Shown piece by piece: positions 29,077 through 39,276 of a DNA stretch of 64,000 nucleotides (its first letter is position 1; every line of letters begins with the position of its first letter). Made by a program: the position numbers and the translations under genes. This DNA is from Chitinophaga pinensis (GTDB lineage: Bacteria; Bacteroidota; Bacteroidia; Palsa-965), in contig CALRZN010000005.1 in assembly GCA_943372645.1 (NCBI GenBank), positions 202,057 through 266,056 on the forward strand. The letters run 5' to 3'. The notes beneath the pieces were generated by a model. It saw only the letters and a list, made by a program, of their open reading frames with translations, was not told where the DNA came from and ran no database searches.

Positions 29077-29946
29077 TCAGTTTCCTTTGCCGCGGTATTC
29101 CACCGGCGTCATGCCTGACTGCTTTTTAAAGAAGCGGTTAAAATACGCAGGATCATCGAAACCGAGGGTATAGGAAATTTCTTTTACCGATTGCGGTGAA
29201 AAACTCAGCAGGCGTTTTGATTCCGTAATCACCCGTTCGTGGATGAGGCTGGAAATGGTGCGGCCGGTGTGTTTTTTAACGAGTTCGTTCAACCGTTTCG
29301 GCGTAATACCCAGCAGGTCGGCATAAAACCCGGCATCTTTGTGTTTGATGAAATGCTCTTCAATAATTTTGCGCAGTTGCAGAATACGGTCGTCGCCGTT
29401 TGCCCGATACGGATTATGTGTTTTTGTCGTATCCAGTTCCCGGCTGCAATACAGCAAAAAGTTTTTCAGGTAGTTGCGGATGATCGCCTGGTGGCCGCTG
29501 CCGCGGTATTCATGCTGCAACAGATCAAGCATCGTATCAATGTGGCCGTGTTTGGCACTGTCGAAATTTACCACCGGCTGCCGCACTAAGTTGTAAAACA
29601 GTCCCGATTGCAGCAGCAGTCCCGAAGTGGTTTCGTGGCTGTCGAGAAAACTTTCGGTAAACGTAATCAGGTGCCCGTCGGCCACATCCACATTGGTCTG
29701 GTGAATCTGGTTCGGCGACAAAAACCACACGCTGTTATCCTGCAACGGGTAACGCGTAAAGTCAATGTAATGCTCGCCCGAGACTTTTTTAAACCAGATT
29801 ACTTCATAAAAATTATGACGGTGCGGCGGATATTCTGCATGCTTTCCTTTGAAGAAATTGTTCAGCGGATAGATAGCAAACTGCCGGTTATCGGGTAACT
29901 GGTGAATGGGAATTTCCCGATGAAGTGTTTCGTTCATTTGATACAT
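29077..29946 (-). CDS. AraC-family transcriptional regulator
   Basis: C-terminal HTH_18 (ISYTLGFDDPAYFNRFFKK). Start trimmed to MYQMNETL. Confidence 0.85.
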   Translation of the reverse strand: MYQMNETLHREIPIHQLPDNRQFAIYPLNNFFKGKHAEYPPHRHNFYEVIWFKKVSGEHYIDFTRYPLQDNSVWFLSPNQIHQTNVDVADGHLITFTESFLDSHETTSGLLLQSGLFYNLVRQPVVNFDSAKHGHIDTMLDLLQHEYRGSGHQAIIRNYLKNFLLYCSRELDTTKTHNPYRANGDDRILQLRKIIEEHFIKHKDAGFYADLLGITPKRLNELVKKHTGRTISSLIHERVITESKRLLSFSPQSVKEISYTLGFDDPAYFNRFFKKQSGMTPVEYRGKGN

Positions 29947-30077
29947 GTTTTTTCTTTTTCCAATACCTACGGGCCATCGGAACATTAGTTGCGTACTTAC
30001 CGGTGTATTCGGGAGATGAACCGGTGAATTTATACGACGAACGCTTTATTCGTGTTACAACATGCAAATTAGTAAAA

Positions 30078-30872
30078 TTATTCCGGTTTTTGTTTCCGGA
30101 CCAGGCGGGAAAAAAGTTTCGGGAAAAGCCGCTTAATGGTAACGGCCTTAATTTCACGCCCACCGATCAGTACTTCCTCCTTGTTTGTCCGCATGGCCTC
30201 CAGTACTTCAGCTGCGCATTGTTCCGCAGGCATGCCTTCGGTGTGGCTCTGGTCCATGGTGTTGTGGGTGCCGCCATTCCCGGTGAGGGCGTGCAGCGAA
30301 ATGTTGGTCCGTATTTTCCCCGGGCAAACGATGAGCACGCGGATTCCTTTTTTCTCTGTTTCTAACCGAAGCGAATCGAAGTAACCGTGCAGTGCGTGTT
30401 TGGAAGCGGAGTAGGCGGTGCGCAGGTAAAATCCGAATTTGCCGGAAATGCTGCTCATTATAACAAAGTGGCCATCCTGCTGCTTCAGCATAATGGGCAG
30501 CACCGCTTTGGTGAGCGTAATGGTTGCGAAAAAATTCACTTCCATAATTTTACGGTCGGTAGCCAGGTCGGTTTCTTCGGCGTAGGCGCGCTGGCTGATG
30601 CCGCCGTTGTTTACGAGCACATCAATGCGCCCGAAACGATTCATCACCTGTTCTGCAAACGGTTGTGCGTCGGGCAGGTTGCCGAGGTCGAGCGGAAGTA
30701 TGAGTGCACGATCATCACTGAGTCCGGCGGCTTTTTTTACGCGTTCCAGTTCTTCGGAGCGGCGTGCAGAAAGTACGATGCGCGCACCTGCTGCAGCAAA
30801 CGCCTTTACCAGTGCCTCGCCGATGCCGGAGGAGGCGCCGGTAATCCAGACTACTTTGTCTTTGAATTGCAT
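30078..30872 (-). CDS. SDR-family oxidoreductase
   Basis: TGASSGIG cofactor motif and YxxxK (YSASK). Start at MQFKDKVVWITG (30872), not the upstream track start. Confidence 0.85.
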   Translation of the reverse strand: MQFKDKVVWITGASSGIGEALVKAFAAAGARIVLSARRSEELERVKKAAGLSDDRALILPLDLGNLPDAQPFAEQVMNRFGRIDVLVNNGGISQRAYAEETDLATDRKIMEVNFFATITLTKAVLPIMLKQQDGHFVIMSSISGKFGFYLRTAYSASKHALHGYFDSLRLETEKKGIRVLIVCPGKIRTNISLHALTGNGGTHNTMDQSHTEGMPAEQCAAEVLEAMRTNKEEVLIGGREIKAVTIKRLFPKLFSRLVRKQKPE

Positions 30873-30879
30873 ACGGCTC

Positions 30880-32316
30880 TTAAATCGTTGGCAGTGCGTT
30901 TTCGCGCGGTTTCGGTTTTTTGATGTTGATGCGCAACGCAAAAAACGAGGCCGAAATATTCGGGTTGGTTGAACTGCCCAGGATAGACAGCACATCGCCG
31001 GTAGCAACACCGGTTTCAACCACGCCGCCGATGCCCACAAACAAACCAAGCGGCACCGAAATGCCCCACTCGCTGTTGCCGGAAATGCCCGCACTTGCTT
31101 TTACAAAACCGAGGAAATTATATTCCGCACCCAGCGAAAAATAGGGCGATCCCAAATTGTAACTCACATCGTTCATCGGGATCACCGCTTCGGCACCAAT
31201 TTCAAAACGTTCCAGCTTGATGCCTGCGCCCATGCGTAAACGTGCGGGCAGCGCGGTTTTGTAATCAGGTCCCGGGCCACCGTAATTAAACGCGCCGTTG
31301 GTTGCAAACGCAAACGAACCCTGCGAACCTACATTCCACGAGTTGATGCCGTTGTTGGTCGTATCCGGTGCCGTAAATGCGGTGTCGGTAGAAATCATCA
31401 GGTTGTTTTTCCAGGTAATGCCGCCGAGATCGGTAACGGCAATGCCGAAACGGAATTTTTCTTTCGCCACCAGCGAAATGCCCGCATCGAATGCCACGCC
31501 GTTGCCTACCGCGCTGAAAATAGCATCGCTGTTTTGCAGGTCGAAATTCTGCACCGTGCCCAGGTTTACACCAAGGTTATCACTCAGCGAAGCATGACCG
31601 GATAACACGCCGTTTTCGGCTTTCAGCTCGGCATTGCCGAGACCCCAGAGCATTTTTACACCGGCACCGCCAAAAAACTGCACCTGTTTTTCACCGTCTT
31701 CACCTGTTTTGCCGAAGGTGAACAAACGGCGGCCATACGAAATATTGATTTCACGGAAATGGAGGTAACTGAGGTTGGTACTGTCAAACACTTCGCCAAT
31801 GCTTTTGCTGTACGTGGCCGTGTCCTGCAGAAATGCAGCGTTCTGCCCGTTGAAAATAAGATCGGCCGCGTTGTGGTTCAGCCCCACGTGTGCATACGAA
31901 CGGTCGCGCACACTTACGCCGATGCCGCCGAGTTTGGGCGAAGCAAACGAAAGTGCGCCCCACATCACCTGCGCCTGCAGGTTCAGTCCGTCGGGCGTTG
32001 TAAATACCGAAGCATATTTCTGTTTATCGGCCGTGGTGAATGTGTCTTCGGGATTCTGCAGTGCATCGCGCAGTTGTTTGGCATCGAGGGCTTTCGACTG
32101 CGCACTGATTCCGAAGTTGAATATACCGGCCGAAATAAGGAAGTTTTCTTTATGCCCGAGGTTGGCCGGGTTAATGCCCATTGATTCCCAGTTGCGCAGC
32201 AGTGCGGTTCCGGCGCCGCCGCGCGCGGTTGCGGGCGTTACACCGTTATCGGTCTGACCATAAACCGGCAGCAGGAAACAAAGTGAAACCATGCACAGGA
32301 ATAGCTGTTTTTTCAT
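30880..32316 (-). CDS. Putative outer-membrane beta-barrel protein, unknown function
   Basis: Signal peptide MKKQLFLCMVSLCFLLPVYGQ with Gly-rich amphipathic strands. It lies 7 nt upstream of the SDR gene, so they are probably an operon. Confidence 0.65.
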   Translation of the reverse strand: MKKQLFLCMVSLCFLLPVYGQTDNGVTPATARGGAGTALLRNWESMGINPANLGHKENFLISAGIFNFGISAQSKALDAKQLRDALQNPEDTFTTADKQKYASVFTTPDGLNLQAQVMWGALSFASPKLGGIGVSVRDRSYAHVGLNHNAADLIFNGQNAAFLQDTATYSKSIGEVFDSTNLSYLHFREINISYGRRLFTFGKTGEDGEKQVQFFGGAGVKMLWGLGNAELKAENGVLSGHASLSDNLGVNLGTVQNFDLQNSDAIFSAVGNGVAFDAGISLVAKEKFRFGIAVTDLGGITWKNNLMISTDTAFTAPDTTNNGINSWNVGSQGSFAFATNGAFNYGGPGPDYKTALPARLRMGAGIKLERFEIGAEAVIPMNDVSYNLGSPYFSLGAEYNFLGFVKASAGISGNSEWGISVPLGLFVGIGGVVETGVATGDVLSILGSSTNPNISASFFALRINIKKPKPRENALPTI

Positions 32317-32369
32317 CGCAGGTGTGTTTTTAACAAATGTACCGAATAAAAAACATTTAAATTTACCGT

Positions 32370-32816
32370 GTGAAAAAAGCGCTGCCGCTCCTGTTCCTGT
32401 TGTTTTTAAGCCTCGCGGCCTGCAATTCCGGCAACCCGGAAGCCGGCAAGTCCGATGCGCCTCCGGCCGATCTCATTCCCCGCGAAGCGATGGTGAAAAT
32501 TCTGAAAGACGTTCACCTGCTGGAAGCCACGCTTGCCGCCCGCAAAACAGCCGTAGGCATTACCGATCCGGTTGGCGAATTCGATGTGTTTAAAAAAAAC
32601 GGGGTTACCCGCGAACAATACAACAACAGCATCGCCTGGTATTCCAAACACCTCGAAGCATTCAAGGAAATTTACAACACGGTTTTTGATGAACTGAAAC
32701 GCGAACAGGCGTTGCAGCAGAAACCGGGCACCCCTGCTCCTGCAGCAGCAGCACCCCCGCAGCAGCAGAGTCCGCTGAAACCGGTGCCGATAACGAACAG
32801 CAAACCGGGAAACTGA
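32370..32816 (+). CDS. DUF4296-like lipoprotein
   Basis: GTG start. Lipobox LSLAAC and a Pro/Ala/Gln-rich C-terminus. Confidence 0.55.
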   Translation: MKKALPLLFLLFLSLAACNSGNPEAGKSDAPPADLIPREAMVKILKDVHLLEATLAARKTAVGITDPVGEFDVFKKNGVTREQYNNSIAWYSKHLEAFKEIYNTVFDELKREQALQQKPGTPAPAAAAPPQQQSPLKPVPITNSKPGN

Positions 32817-32821
32817 TTGAT

Positions 32822-33832
32822 TCAGGAATTGTAAAACCGGCCCGCGTCGCTGATTGCTTCTGCAACCGGGCGGTATGAAAATCCAGCCAGTATTTTTTTA
32901 ATTTTTTCGCCGCTGAAACGGTTCTGTTCCTGCGCTGCTGCCGCTGTTTCGCGCGTGATGCGTGGCGTGCGTCCGGCAAGTGCGGCTAGCAGTTTTTCGG
33001 CGCGCCAGGCAATACCACCCACAAACGGCGAGAGTTTTTTACCGGCCGGTTTTTTACCGAATACTGCATTCATGGCATTGATCACCGTGCGGTAATCCAG
33101 GTTTTCGGCACTCATTATAAAGCGTTGATTGCTTACATCACTTTTTACGAGGCGGATCATTGCGGCAGAAACATCGCGCACATCCACATAACCGGTAATA
33201 CCGGGTGTGTACCAGTTCATGCCGTTTTTTACCGTGCCAAAAAGAGCGAGGCTGCTGCGCGTGCTGTCGCCGGGACCGATGATGAAACCGGGATTTACAA
33301 TTACTACATCCAGTCCTTCTTCGGCTGCGCGCCACGCTTCGCGTTCGCCGCCGTATTTGCTGATGGCGTACCAACTGTTTGAAGGTGCATTTTTCCAATA
33401 CACTTCTTCGTCAATCAGTCCGCCGTCGTCGCGTTTGCCTAATGCGGCAATGGAACTCACGTGACACACCTTGCGCACGCCGCAGTACATGGCGGCATTC
33501 ATTATGTTTGCCGTGCCTTCGATATTGCTCTTCAGCATGCGGTCGCGATCAGCAGGAACAAAAGATACAAGCGCAGCGGCGTGATACACATCGCGTATGC
33601 CTTCCATCGCATCTTCGAGTGAATAGATATCGAGGATGTCGCCTTCGAACCATTCGATTAATGCAAGTTGTTTTTTGAAATCCGGGGAATAAAAAGCAAA
33701 TACCTTTTCAAGCATCGCCCTGTTGCTTCCCGGGCGGCAGAGCAGGCGCACAGCGTGTCCGGCGGCCGTAAGGTCAAAGGCCACGTGCATACCAACCAGT
33801 CCGGTTGCCCCGGTAATAAGGATTTCAGGCAT
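32822..33832 (-). CDS. NAD-dependent epimerase/dehydratase family protein
   Basis: GATGLVG Rossmann motif and YxxxK (YAISK). Confidence 0.85.
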   Translation of the reverse strand: MPEILITGATGLVGMHVAFDLTAAGHAVRLLCRPGSNRAMLEKVFAFYSPDFKKQLALIEWFEGDILDIYSLEDAMEGIRDVYHAAALVSFVPADRDRMLKSNIEGTANIMNAAMYCGVRKVCHVSSIAALGKRDDGGLIDEEVYWKNAPSNSWYAISKYGGEREAWRAAEEGLDVVIVNPGFIIGPGDSTRSSLALFGTVKNGMNWYTPGITGYVDVRDVSAAMIRLVKSDVSNQRFIMSAENLDYRTVINAMNAVFGKKPAGKKLSPFVGGIAWRAEKLLAALAGRTPRITRETAAAAQEQNRFSGEKIKKILAGFSYRPVAEAISDAGRFYNS

Positions 33833-34027
33833 CTGAGAAAGGCAAATGTACCGATTATCACAACGTGTGAAACACTATCTTTGTTCCCGGAAAAGGGTGC
33901 CTGTTGGTGTTTTTCTTTGTGTCTTCGTGTCTTTGTGGCAAAAAACAGGGAATACGATGTTTTCACAGCCGGATTAAACAGCCTGGTTTTTTAGCCAGCC
34001 TTCTGCATCCCAAATCAAAGTTGTTTT

Positions 34028-35314
34028 ATGAAAAAGAATTTTATTGAAGAATTGCGCTGGAGGGGAATGCTCCACGAAGTAATGCCGGGAACGGAAGAAC
34101 TGCTGAATGCCGGGATGGTAAAAGGGTATATCGGTTTCGATCCTACCGCCAAATCACTCGGCATCGGCAACATGGTGCAGATTATGACCCTGCTGCACCT
34201 GCAGCGCTGCGGCCACAAACCCATCGCGCTCATCGGTGGTGCCACCGGCATGGTGGGCGATCCGTCAGGCAAATCGAACGAACGCAACCTGCTTTCGGAA
34301 GACGTGCTGCGCATGAACCAGGAAGGCCAGCAAAAACAGCTGGAGAAATTTCTCGATTTTAACTGCGGCGAAAATTCTGCGGAGCTGGTAAACAACTACG
34401 ACTGGTTTAAAAACATTTCGTTTCTCGATTTCATCCGCGATGTGGGCAAACACATCACGGTAAATTATATGATGGCCAAAGATTCGGTAAAAAACCGCCT
34501 CGAACGCGAAGGCGAGGGCATGTCGTTTACCGAGTTCACGTACCAGCTGGTGCAGGGCTACGACTTTTATTACCTCTGGAAAAACCAGGATGTAAAACTG
34601 CAGATGGGCGGTTCCGATCAGTGGGGAAACATTGTTACCGGCACCGAGCTCATCCGCCGCAAAGACGGGGGCAAAGCCTACGCACTGGTTACGCCGCTCA
34701 TTAAAAAAGCGGACGGCACCAAGTTCGGGAAAACTGAAGGCGGCAACATCTGGCTCGATCCGCTGATGACCACGCCGTACCAGTTTTACCAGTTCTGGCT
34801 CAACGCCAGCGATGCGGACATGCCTACTTACATCCGTATTTTCTCGCTGAAAAGCCGCGAAGAAATTGAAGCCCTGGAAGCGGAACATGCGAAAGCACCG
34901 CACCAGCGCCTGCTGCAGAAAGAACTGGGCAAAGAAATTACGATCCGCGTGCATTCCGAAAACGATTACAACCTGGCAGTAGCTGCTTCTGAAATCCTGT
35001 TCGGCAAAGGCACAGTGGATACACTCAAAAGTTTAAACCCGGCCGATTTTGCGGAAGTATTCAAAGACGTAAAACAAGCTGCGATTACAAACGATGCGCT
35101 GGCTGCAGGTATTCCCATGCTCGATTTCCTGACCGGAATCGGCCTGTTCCCGTCGAAAGGCGAAGCCAAACGCATGGTGCAGGGCAACGGCGTTTCCATC
35201 AACAAACAGAAAGTAACGGATGCCGCCGCAAACGTTACCACCGAACATTTGCTGAACGGGCGTTACATCCTGGCCCAGAAGGGTAAGGAGTATTTGCTGG
35301 TGACGGTGAACTGA
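34028..35314 (+). CDS. tyrS: Tyrosine--tRNA ligase
   Basis: HIGH-like (GFDPTA) and KMSKS-like (KFGKT) class I motifs. S4 domain at the C-terminus. Confidence 0.95.
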   Translation: MKKNFIEELRWRGMLHEVMPGTEELLNAGMVKGYIGFDPTAKSLGIGNMVQIMTLLHLQRCGHKPIALIGGATGMVGDPSGKSNERNLLSEDVLRMNQEGQQKQLEKFLDFNCGENSAELVNNYDWFKNISFLDFIRDVGKHITVNYMMAKDSVKNRLEREGEGMSFTEFTYQLVQGYDFYYLWKNQDVKLQMGGSDQWGNIVTGTELIRRKDGGKAYALVTPLIKKADGTKFGKTEGGNIWLDPLMTTPYQFYQFWLNASDADMPTYIRIFSLKSREEIEALEAEHAKAPHQRLLQKELGKEITIRVHSENDYNLAVAASEILFGKGTVDTLKSLNPADFAEVFKDVKQAAITNDALAAGIPMLDFLTGIGLFPSKGEAKRMVQGNGVSINKQKVTDAAANVTTEHLLNGRYILAQKGKEYLLVTVN

Positions 35315-35336
35315 TTTTGTTTCAACCTGATTTTTT

Positions 35337-35792
35337 ATGTCGCAGCAACTGAAACACCGACTGTACACGTACTGCTGCACCTGGGTAGCGCAACGCATCG
35401 CCAATGCGGAAGAAGCGCTCGCATCCGTAAAAGAAGCGGGCAACGATGAAACGAAAAGTACTTCCGGCGACAAACACGAAACCGGCCGCGCCATGATGCA
35501 GGGCGAAGCAGACCGTTATCAGATTCAATTGCAAAAAGCCCGTGAATTAGAAGCGGAACTGCAGCGCATCAATCCCGAACAGCAAAGTGAACGCATTGCC
35601 GCCGGAAGCCTCGTGGAAACCGCTGCGGGACGTTTTTACATCGCCATCGGTATCGGAAAAATTACGGTTGACGGAACCGATTACTTCGTGCTGTCAGAAG
35701 CATCGCCGCTCGGTGTTGCGCTGAAAGGAAAAAAAGCCGGTGAAACGTTTTTGTTCCAGCAAAAGCAGGTGCTGATTACGAAGATCGTATAA
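35337..35792 (+). CDS. GreA/GreB C-terminal-domain-like protein
   Basis: C-terminal FKBP-like segment (SPLGVALKGKKAGETF) resembles the GreA C-terminal domain. Tentative. Confidence 0.5.
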   Translation: MSQQLKHRLYTYCCTWVAQRIANAEEALASVKEAGNDETKSTSGDKHETGRAMMQGEADRYQIQLQKARELEAELQRINPEQQSERIAAGSLVETAAGRFYIAIGIGKITVDGTDYFVLSEASPLGVALKGKKAGETFLFQQKQVLITKIV

Positions 35793-35796
35793 TGGT

Positions 35797-35884
35797 AACC
35801 GCAATGTTTCGCGAAGTACGGCGCAATGTATCGCAATGCATTGCGATACATTGCGTAAAACATGGCGTTACTTCGCGGTTAATT
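35797..35884. repeat. Palindromic repeat element R7 (CGCAATG-unit)
   Basis: Perfect 17-bp palindrome cgcaatgtatcgcaatg|cattgcgatacattgcg flanked by ttcgcgaagta/tacttcgcgg. Related to the element at 58189-58290. Confidence 0.6.
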
Positions 35885-36581
35885 AAGTTAAGTGCAGTTC
35901 CTGTTTCTTCCTGCTTCTGAAAATTTCAAACAACAAAATAACCCCGAGAAACATCACCAGGTTGTAAAACAAATCCTCCACCGGAATCGTACCCATGCGT
36001 ATGCCCATGTTTTCGGCATCATTGTAAATCACCACGGGTTTTGCGGTAAGCACGCCATTGCAGATAAAAAACGGGATGAGCACCACTGCATAACTGATCC
36101 AGAACCGCCCCATCCACGTGGCTTTTCGGATGAACACCACGTAAGCAATCAGCAGCGCAGCCAGCACACACGCCGAGAGGGTGTAGGCTTTGTCGTAATT
36201 GATTAATCCGTTGATCAGCGCCGTTGCCATTACCGAAATGGAAATGCTGTTTTGTGCTTTCTCCAGCGTAAGTTTCGGAAAGTACGCTTCGATGCACGCA
36301 TAAATAAAAACACAGCAATATGGAATGGTGATGAAGAATAACACTTCTTCCACCGGCAGGTTGGCAAGGTGAAAACCAAGAATGTAGTCGGCGTTAAATC
36401 CCCACACGTTCATGGAGGTGAACCAGATGTCCCACACCACAAAAAAAGCAGCGACGATTAAAATGGCCGGGAATAAAAATTTCCATTGTTTGTAAAACGC
36501 CACCTTGCGGTCGAAACTGAGCAGGAAAGGGAAAGTGAACGCAGCGGCGTGCAGCACAGCGTATGTCCAGTGCGGATTCAT
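35883..36581 (-). CDS. crtY: Lycopene cyclase domain protein (CrtYcd-type, single polypeptide)
   Basis: Two tandem lycopene-cyclase-domain repeats (TIGR03462-like) and hydrophobic. Follows crtZ with a 4-nt overlap. Confidence 0.7.
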   Translation of the reverse strand: MNPHWTYAVLHAAAFTFPFLLSFDRKVAFYKQWKFLFPAILIVAAFFVVWDIWFTSMNVWGFNADYILGFHLANLPVEEVLFFITIPYCCVFIYACIEAYFPKLTLEKAQNSISISVMATALINGLINYDKAYTLSACVLAALLIAYVVFIRKATWMGRFWISYAVVLIPFFICNGVLTAKPVVIYNDAENMGIRMGTIPVEDLFYNLVMFLGVILLFEIFRSRKKQELHLT

Positions 36582-37045
36582 CGCAGCACAGCGTCTTTGT
36601 ACTTCGTGCTGAAATAACGCATCGGAACAATCAGCATCCCGAAATTTTCACCGTGTTCCTTGTTCAGGTGTTTGTGGTGAATTTTATGCGCGCGGCGTAT
36701 GCCCAGTACATACCGGTTGTTCCAGTTGCGCAGCAGTTTAAACCGCTGGTGAATAATAATGTCGTGCACGATGAAATAACAGAAACCGTACACCGAAATG
36801 CCGATGCCGATGTACAACCGGAAATCATCAAACATCAGCCCGGTCATATAACAGTATGCGCTGGGAACGGCAAAAATCACGAAGAACGAATCGTTTTTTT
36901 CAAAAAAACCATCTTTCCCCTGGTGGTGATCGCGGTGGAGGTACCACAAAAAGCCGTGCATCACGAACTTGTGCGTGAACCAGGCCACGAATTCCATAAA
37001 GAAAAACGTGACCACGGCAATGCTTATGTTTATCAGAATCTGCAT
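36578..37045 (-). CDS. crtZ: Beta-carotene hydroxylase
   Basis: His boxes HRDHH, HDIIIH and HKIHHKH of the fatty-acid-hydroxylase superfamily. 155 aa. Confidence 0.85.
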   Translation of the reverse strand: MQILINISIAVVTFFFMEFVAWFTHKFVMHGFLWYLHRDHHQGKDGFFEKNDSFFVIFAVPSAYCYMTGLMFDDFRLYIGIGISVYGFCYFIVHDIIIHQRFKLLRNWNNRYVLGIRRAHKIHHKHLNKEHGENFGMLIVPMRYFSTKYKDAVLR

Positions 37046-37111
37046 ACGTCAACCCGATACAACAACGGAGCCGGGATTTTGTTCAAAAATAAGCGTTTGG
37101 TTGCGATTTTT

Positions 37112-37765
37112 TTATTTCGTGAAAAACTGCACAATCAGCAGGGCTGAAAAAAACACCACCTGCAGCGCATATATGAGCCCGGTAAGCGGGTGGCGGCGTT
37201 CGATGGCCAGCGTTTGTCCCACCATTTGCAGAAAAAATGAAAACACAAACCAGGCAATGTAATTCTGTACCGGGGCGTGGCCGATATCCCAGTACCAGAA
37301 ATCGAGGCTGCTGCACATTTGTTCAATCAGCACATCCAGCCCGGTCATGAGCGCCGCACCGGCCAGGGCCCGCACGTAGATGGAACCTTTTATTTTTTCT
37401 GTCAGCGTAAGCGCACAAAACGACAGGATGAGCCAGTTAACCCCGATAATCAGCGGTACGCCACGGATTTTAAAACCAAGCGCATCGCCGTAATGGTACG
37501 CACCGAAAATTTTGCCCGTATTTACACCGAACAGTTCAATGGCAAATCCAGCGGCAAAACAGAGGATCAGGTAACGCACCGTTTGTCCGCCAAACTCCCG
37601 CGCAAAAACCAGCAGCGCGGCTAAGTTCAGCAGCAGGTGCAGGGGCGAAAGCGGGCGGAAGGTTTCGGGAAGTACGATCATCCCGGCAATTCCAACCAAT
37701 GTAAAAACAACCAGCACAATGCGGGCTGCGGTAATGTAACGGTCGGGCAGGAGCGGGACTTGCAT
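37112..37765 (-). CDS. cruF: Carotenoid biosynthesis membrane protein (PF04240; CruF-like 1',2'-hydratase candidate)
   Basis: Polytopic and sits between crtD and crtZ. Start moved to MQVPLL (37765), which removes the overlap with crtD. Confidence 0.6.
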   Translation of the reverse strand: MQVPLLPDRYITAARIVLVVFTLVGIAGMIVLPETFRPLSPLHLLLNLAALLVFAREFGGQTVRYLILCFAAGFAIELFGVNTGKIFGAYHYGDALGFKIRGVPLIIGVNWLILSFCALTLTEKIKGSIYVRALAGAALMTGLDVLIEQMCSSLDFWYWDIGHAPVQNYIAWFVFSFFLQMVGQTLAIERRHPLTGLIYALQVVFFSALLIVQFFTK

Positions 37766-37766
37766 A

Positions 37767-39236
37767 TTATTGCGGAACATTTTTTTCAATTAAACCGGCC
37801 GTGATCTGCGCCGAAAGCAGGCAGAGCGGAATGCCACCGCCGGGATGCACACTTCCGCCGCAAAAGTACAGGTTCGGAATGGATTTCGATTGGTTGCGCT
37901 GCCGCAGAAAAGCCGCGTACTTCGAGTTGGATGAATTGCCGTACAACGATCCGCCTGCCGAAGAGGTAAGTTGTTCAATGCCCTGCGGTGTCCAGCTGTC
38001 TTCGGTTTCAATAAACGGTTCGGGATCAGTGTGCAGGTGTTTGCGCAGCTTTTCAAGAATAAAAGCGCGGGCTTTGCGTTTTTCTTCGTCCCAGTTTTGC
38101 CCTTCATGCCGCGGTACGTTTATCATAACAAACCAGTTTTCACCACCCGCAGGCGCATCTGCTGCATTTTCTTTCGAGGTGATGTTGATGTAAACCGTCG
38201 GATCGGCAAAAAGTTTTTTATCGCGGAAAATAGATGTGAACTCCGCTTTGTAATCGGCTGCGAAAAAAATATTGTGCAGGCCAAGTTCCGGGAAGGAATG
38301 GGCAATGCCCCAGTAAAAAACAAGTGCGGAAGATGATTTTTCCTGTTGCAGCAGTTTTTCCGGATGCGGAACATGCGGTAACAGTTTGCGGTAGGTTGGC
38401 GTAATGTCCATGTTCGAAACCACCACATCAGCCGTATGCGTAACTGTGCCGCAACGCACACCGGTGGCGCGTTTGCCGCTGACCGTTATTTCATCAACGG
38501 CGGTGTTGAACTGAAATTTTACGCCAAGTTCAAGTGCCAGGTTGTAAATGCTTTCGGTAATGGCGTACATGCCTTTCACCGGGAAGTATGCGCCGATGCC
38601 GTGTTCAATATGCGGAATAATGCGCAGCATGGCCGGGGCCTGGTACGGATCAGAACCATTGTAGGTAGCGTATCGATCAAAATACTGCACGAGCCGTTTG
38701 TCGCTGAACATTTTTTCGTGTGTATCGTGCATGGTGCTGTTCAGTCCGTACACCGGCAGGTGCAGCAATGCGCGTAACGTTTTGCCGTTGATGAAATTGC
38801 CGGGGTCCAGCGACTGCTCCATAAACAGGCTGCCAATGAGGTCGTAGATCTTCCTGCTTTTTTCGAGGTAACTGAAAAAGGCATCGGGATCGGTTTGCAG
38901 CACCTGCTGCAGTTCATTGCGCATCTGTTCCCGATCGGCATACGACCGGAAGCGCGATCCGTCGGCATAAAAATAATGGCAGAGGCAGTCGAGCTGTTTG
39001 TATTGAAAATGGTCCTCCGGATTTTTTCCGGCCAGTTCAAACAGCGCATTTACATACTGCGGCATGGTAAAAAGGGAAGGTCCGCGGTCGAAGCGGTAGC
39101 CGCCGTTACGCAGCTCACTCAGCTTGCCGCCCGGCCCCGGGGCTGCTTCAAAAACGGTAACCGTATGTCCCTGCAGGGCCAGCCGCACCGAAAGCGAAAG
39201 ACCGGCAATGCCTGCGCCAACAATAATCACGTTCAT
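37767..39236 (-). CDS. crtD: Phytoene-desaturase-family enzyme, 1-hydroxycarotenoid 3,4-desaturase-like
   Basis: N-terminal FAD motif IIVGAGIAGL and CrtI-family length. Context with cruF/crtZ. Confidence 0.75.
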   Translation of the reverse strand: MNVIIVGAGIAGLSLSVRLALQGHTVTVFEAAPGPGGKLSELRNGGYRFDRGPSLFTMPQYVNALFELAGKNPEDHFQYKQLDCLCHYFYADGSRFRSYADREQMRNELQQVLQTDPDAFFSYLEKSRKIYDLIGSLFMEQSLDPGNFINGKTLRALLHLPVYGLNSTMHDTHEKMFSDKRLVQYFDRYATYNGSDPYQAPAMLRIIPHIEHGIGAYFPVKGMYAITESIYNLALELGVKFQFNTAVDEITVSGKRATGVRCGTVTHTADVVVSNMDITPTYRKLLPHVPHPEKLLQQEKSSSALVFYWGIAHSFPELGLHNIFFAADYKAEFTSIFRDKKLFADPTVYINITSKENAADAPAGGENWFVMINVPRHEGQNWDEEKRKARAFILEKLRKHLHTDPEPFIETEDSWTPQGIEQLTSSAGGSLYGNSSNSKYAAFLRQRNQSKSIPNLYFCGGSVHPGGGIPLCLLSAQITAGLIEKNVPQ

Positions 39237-39276
39237 CTGTTACAAAGCTACATCAGAATGATGTAATTTTGCAGCA

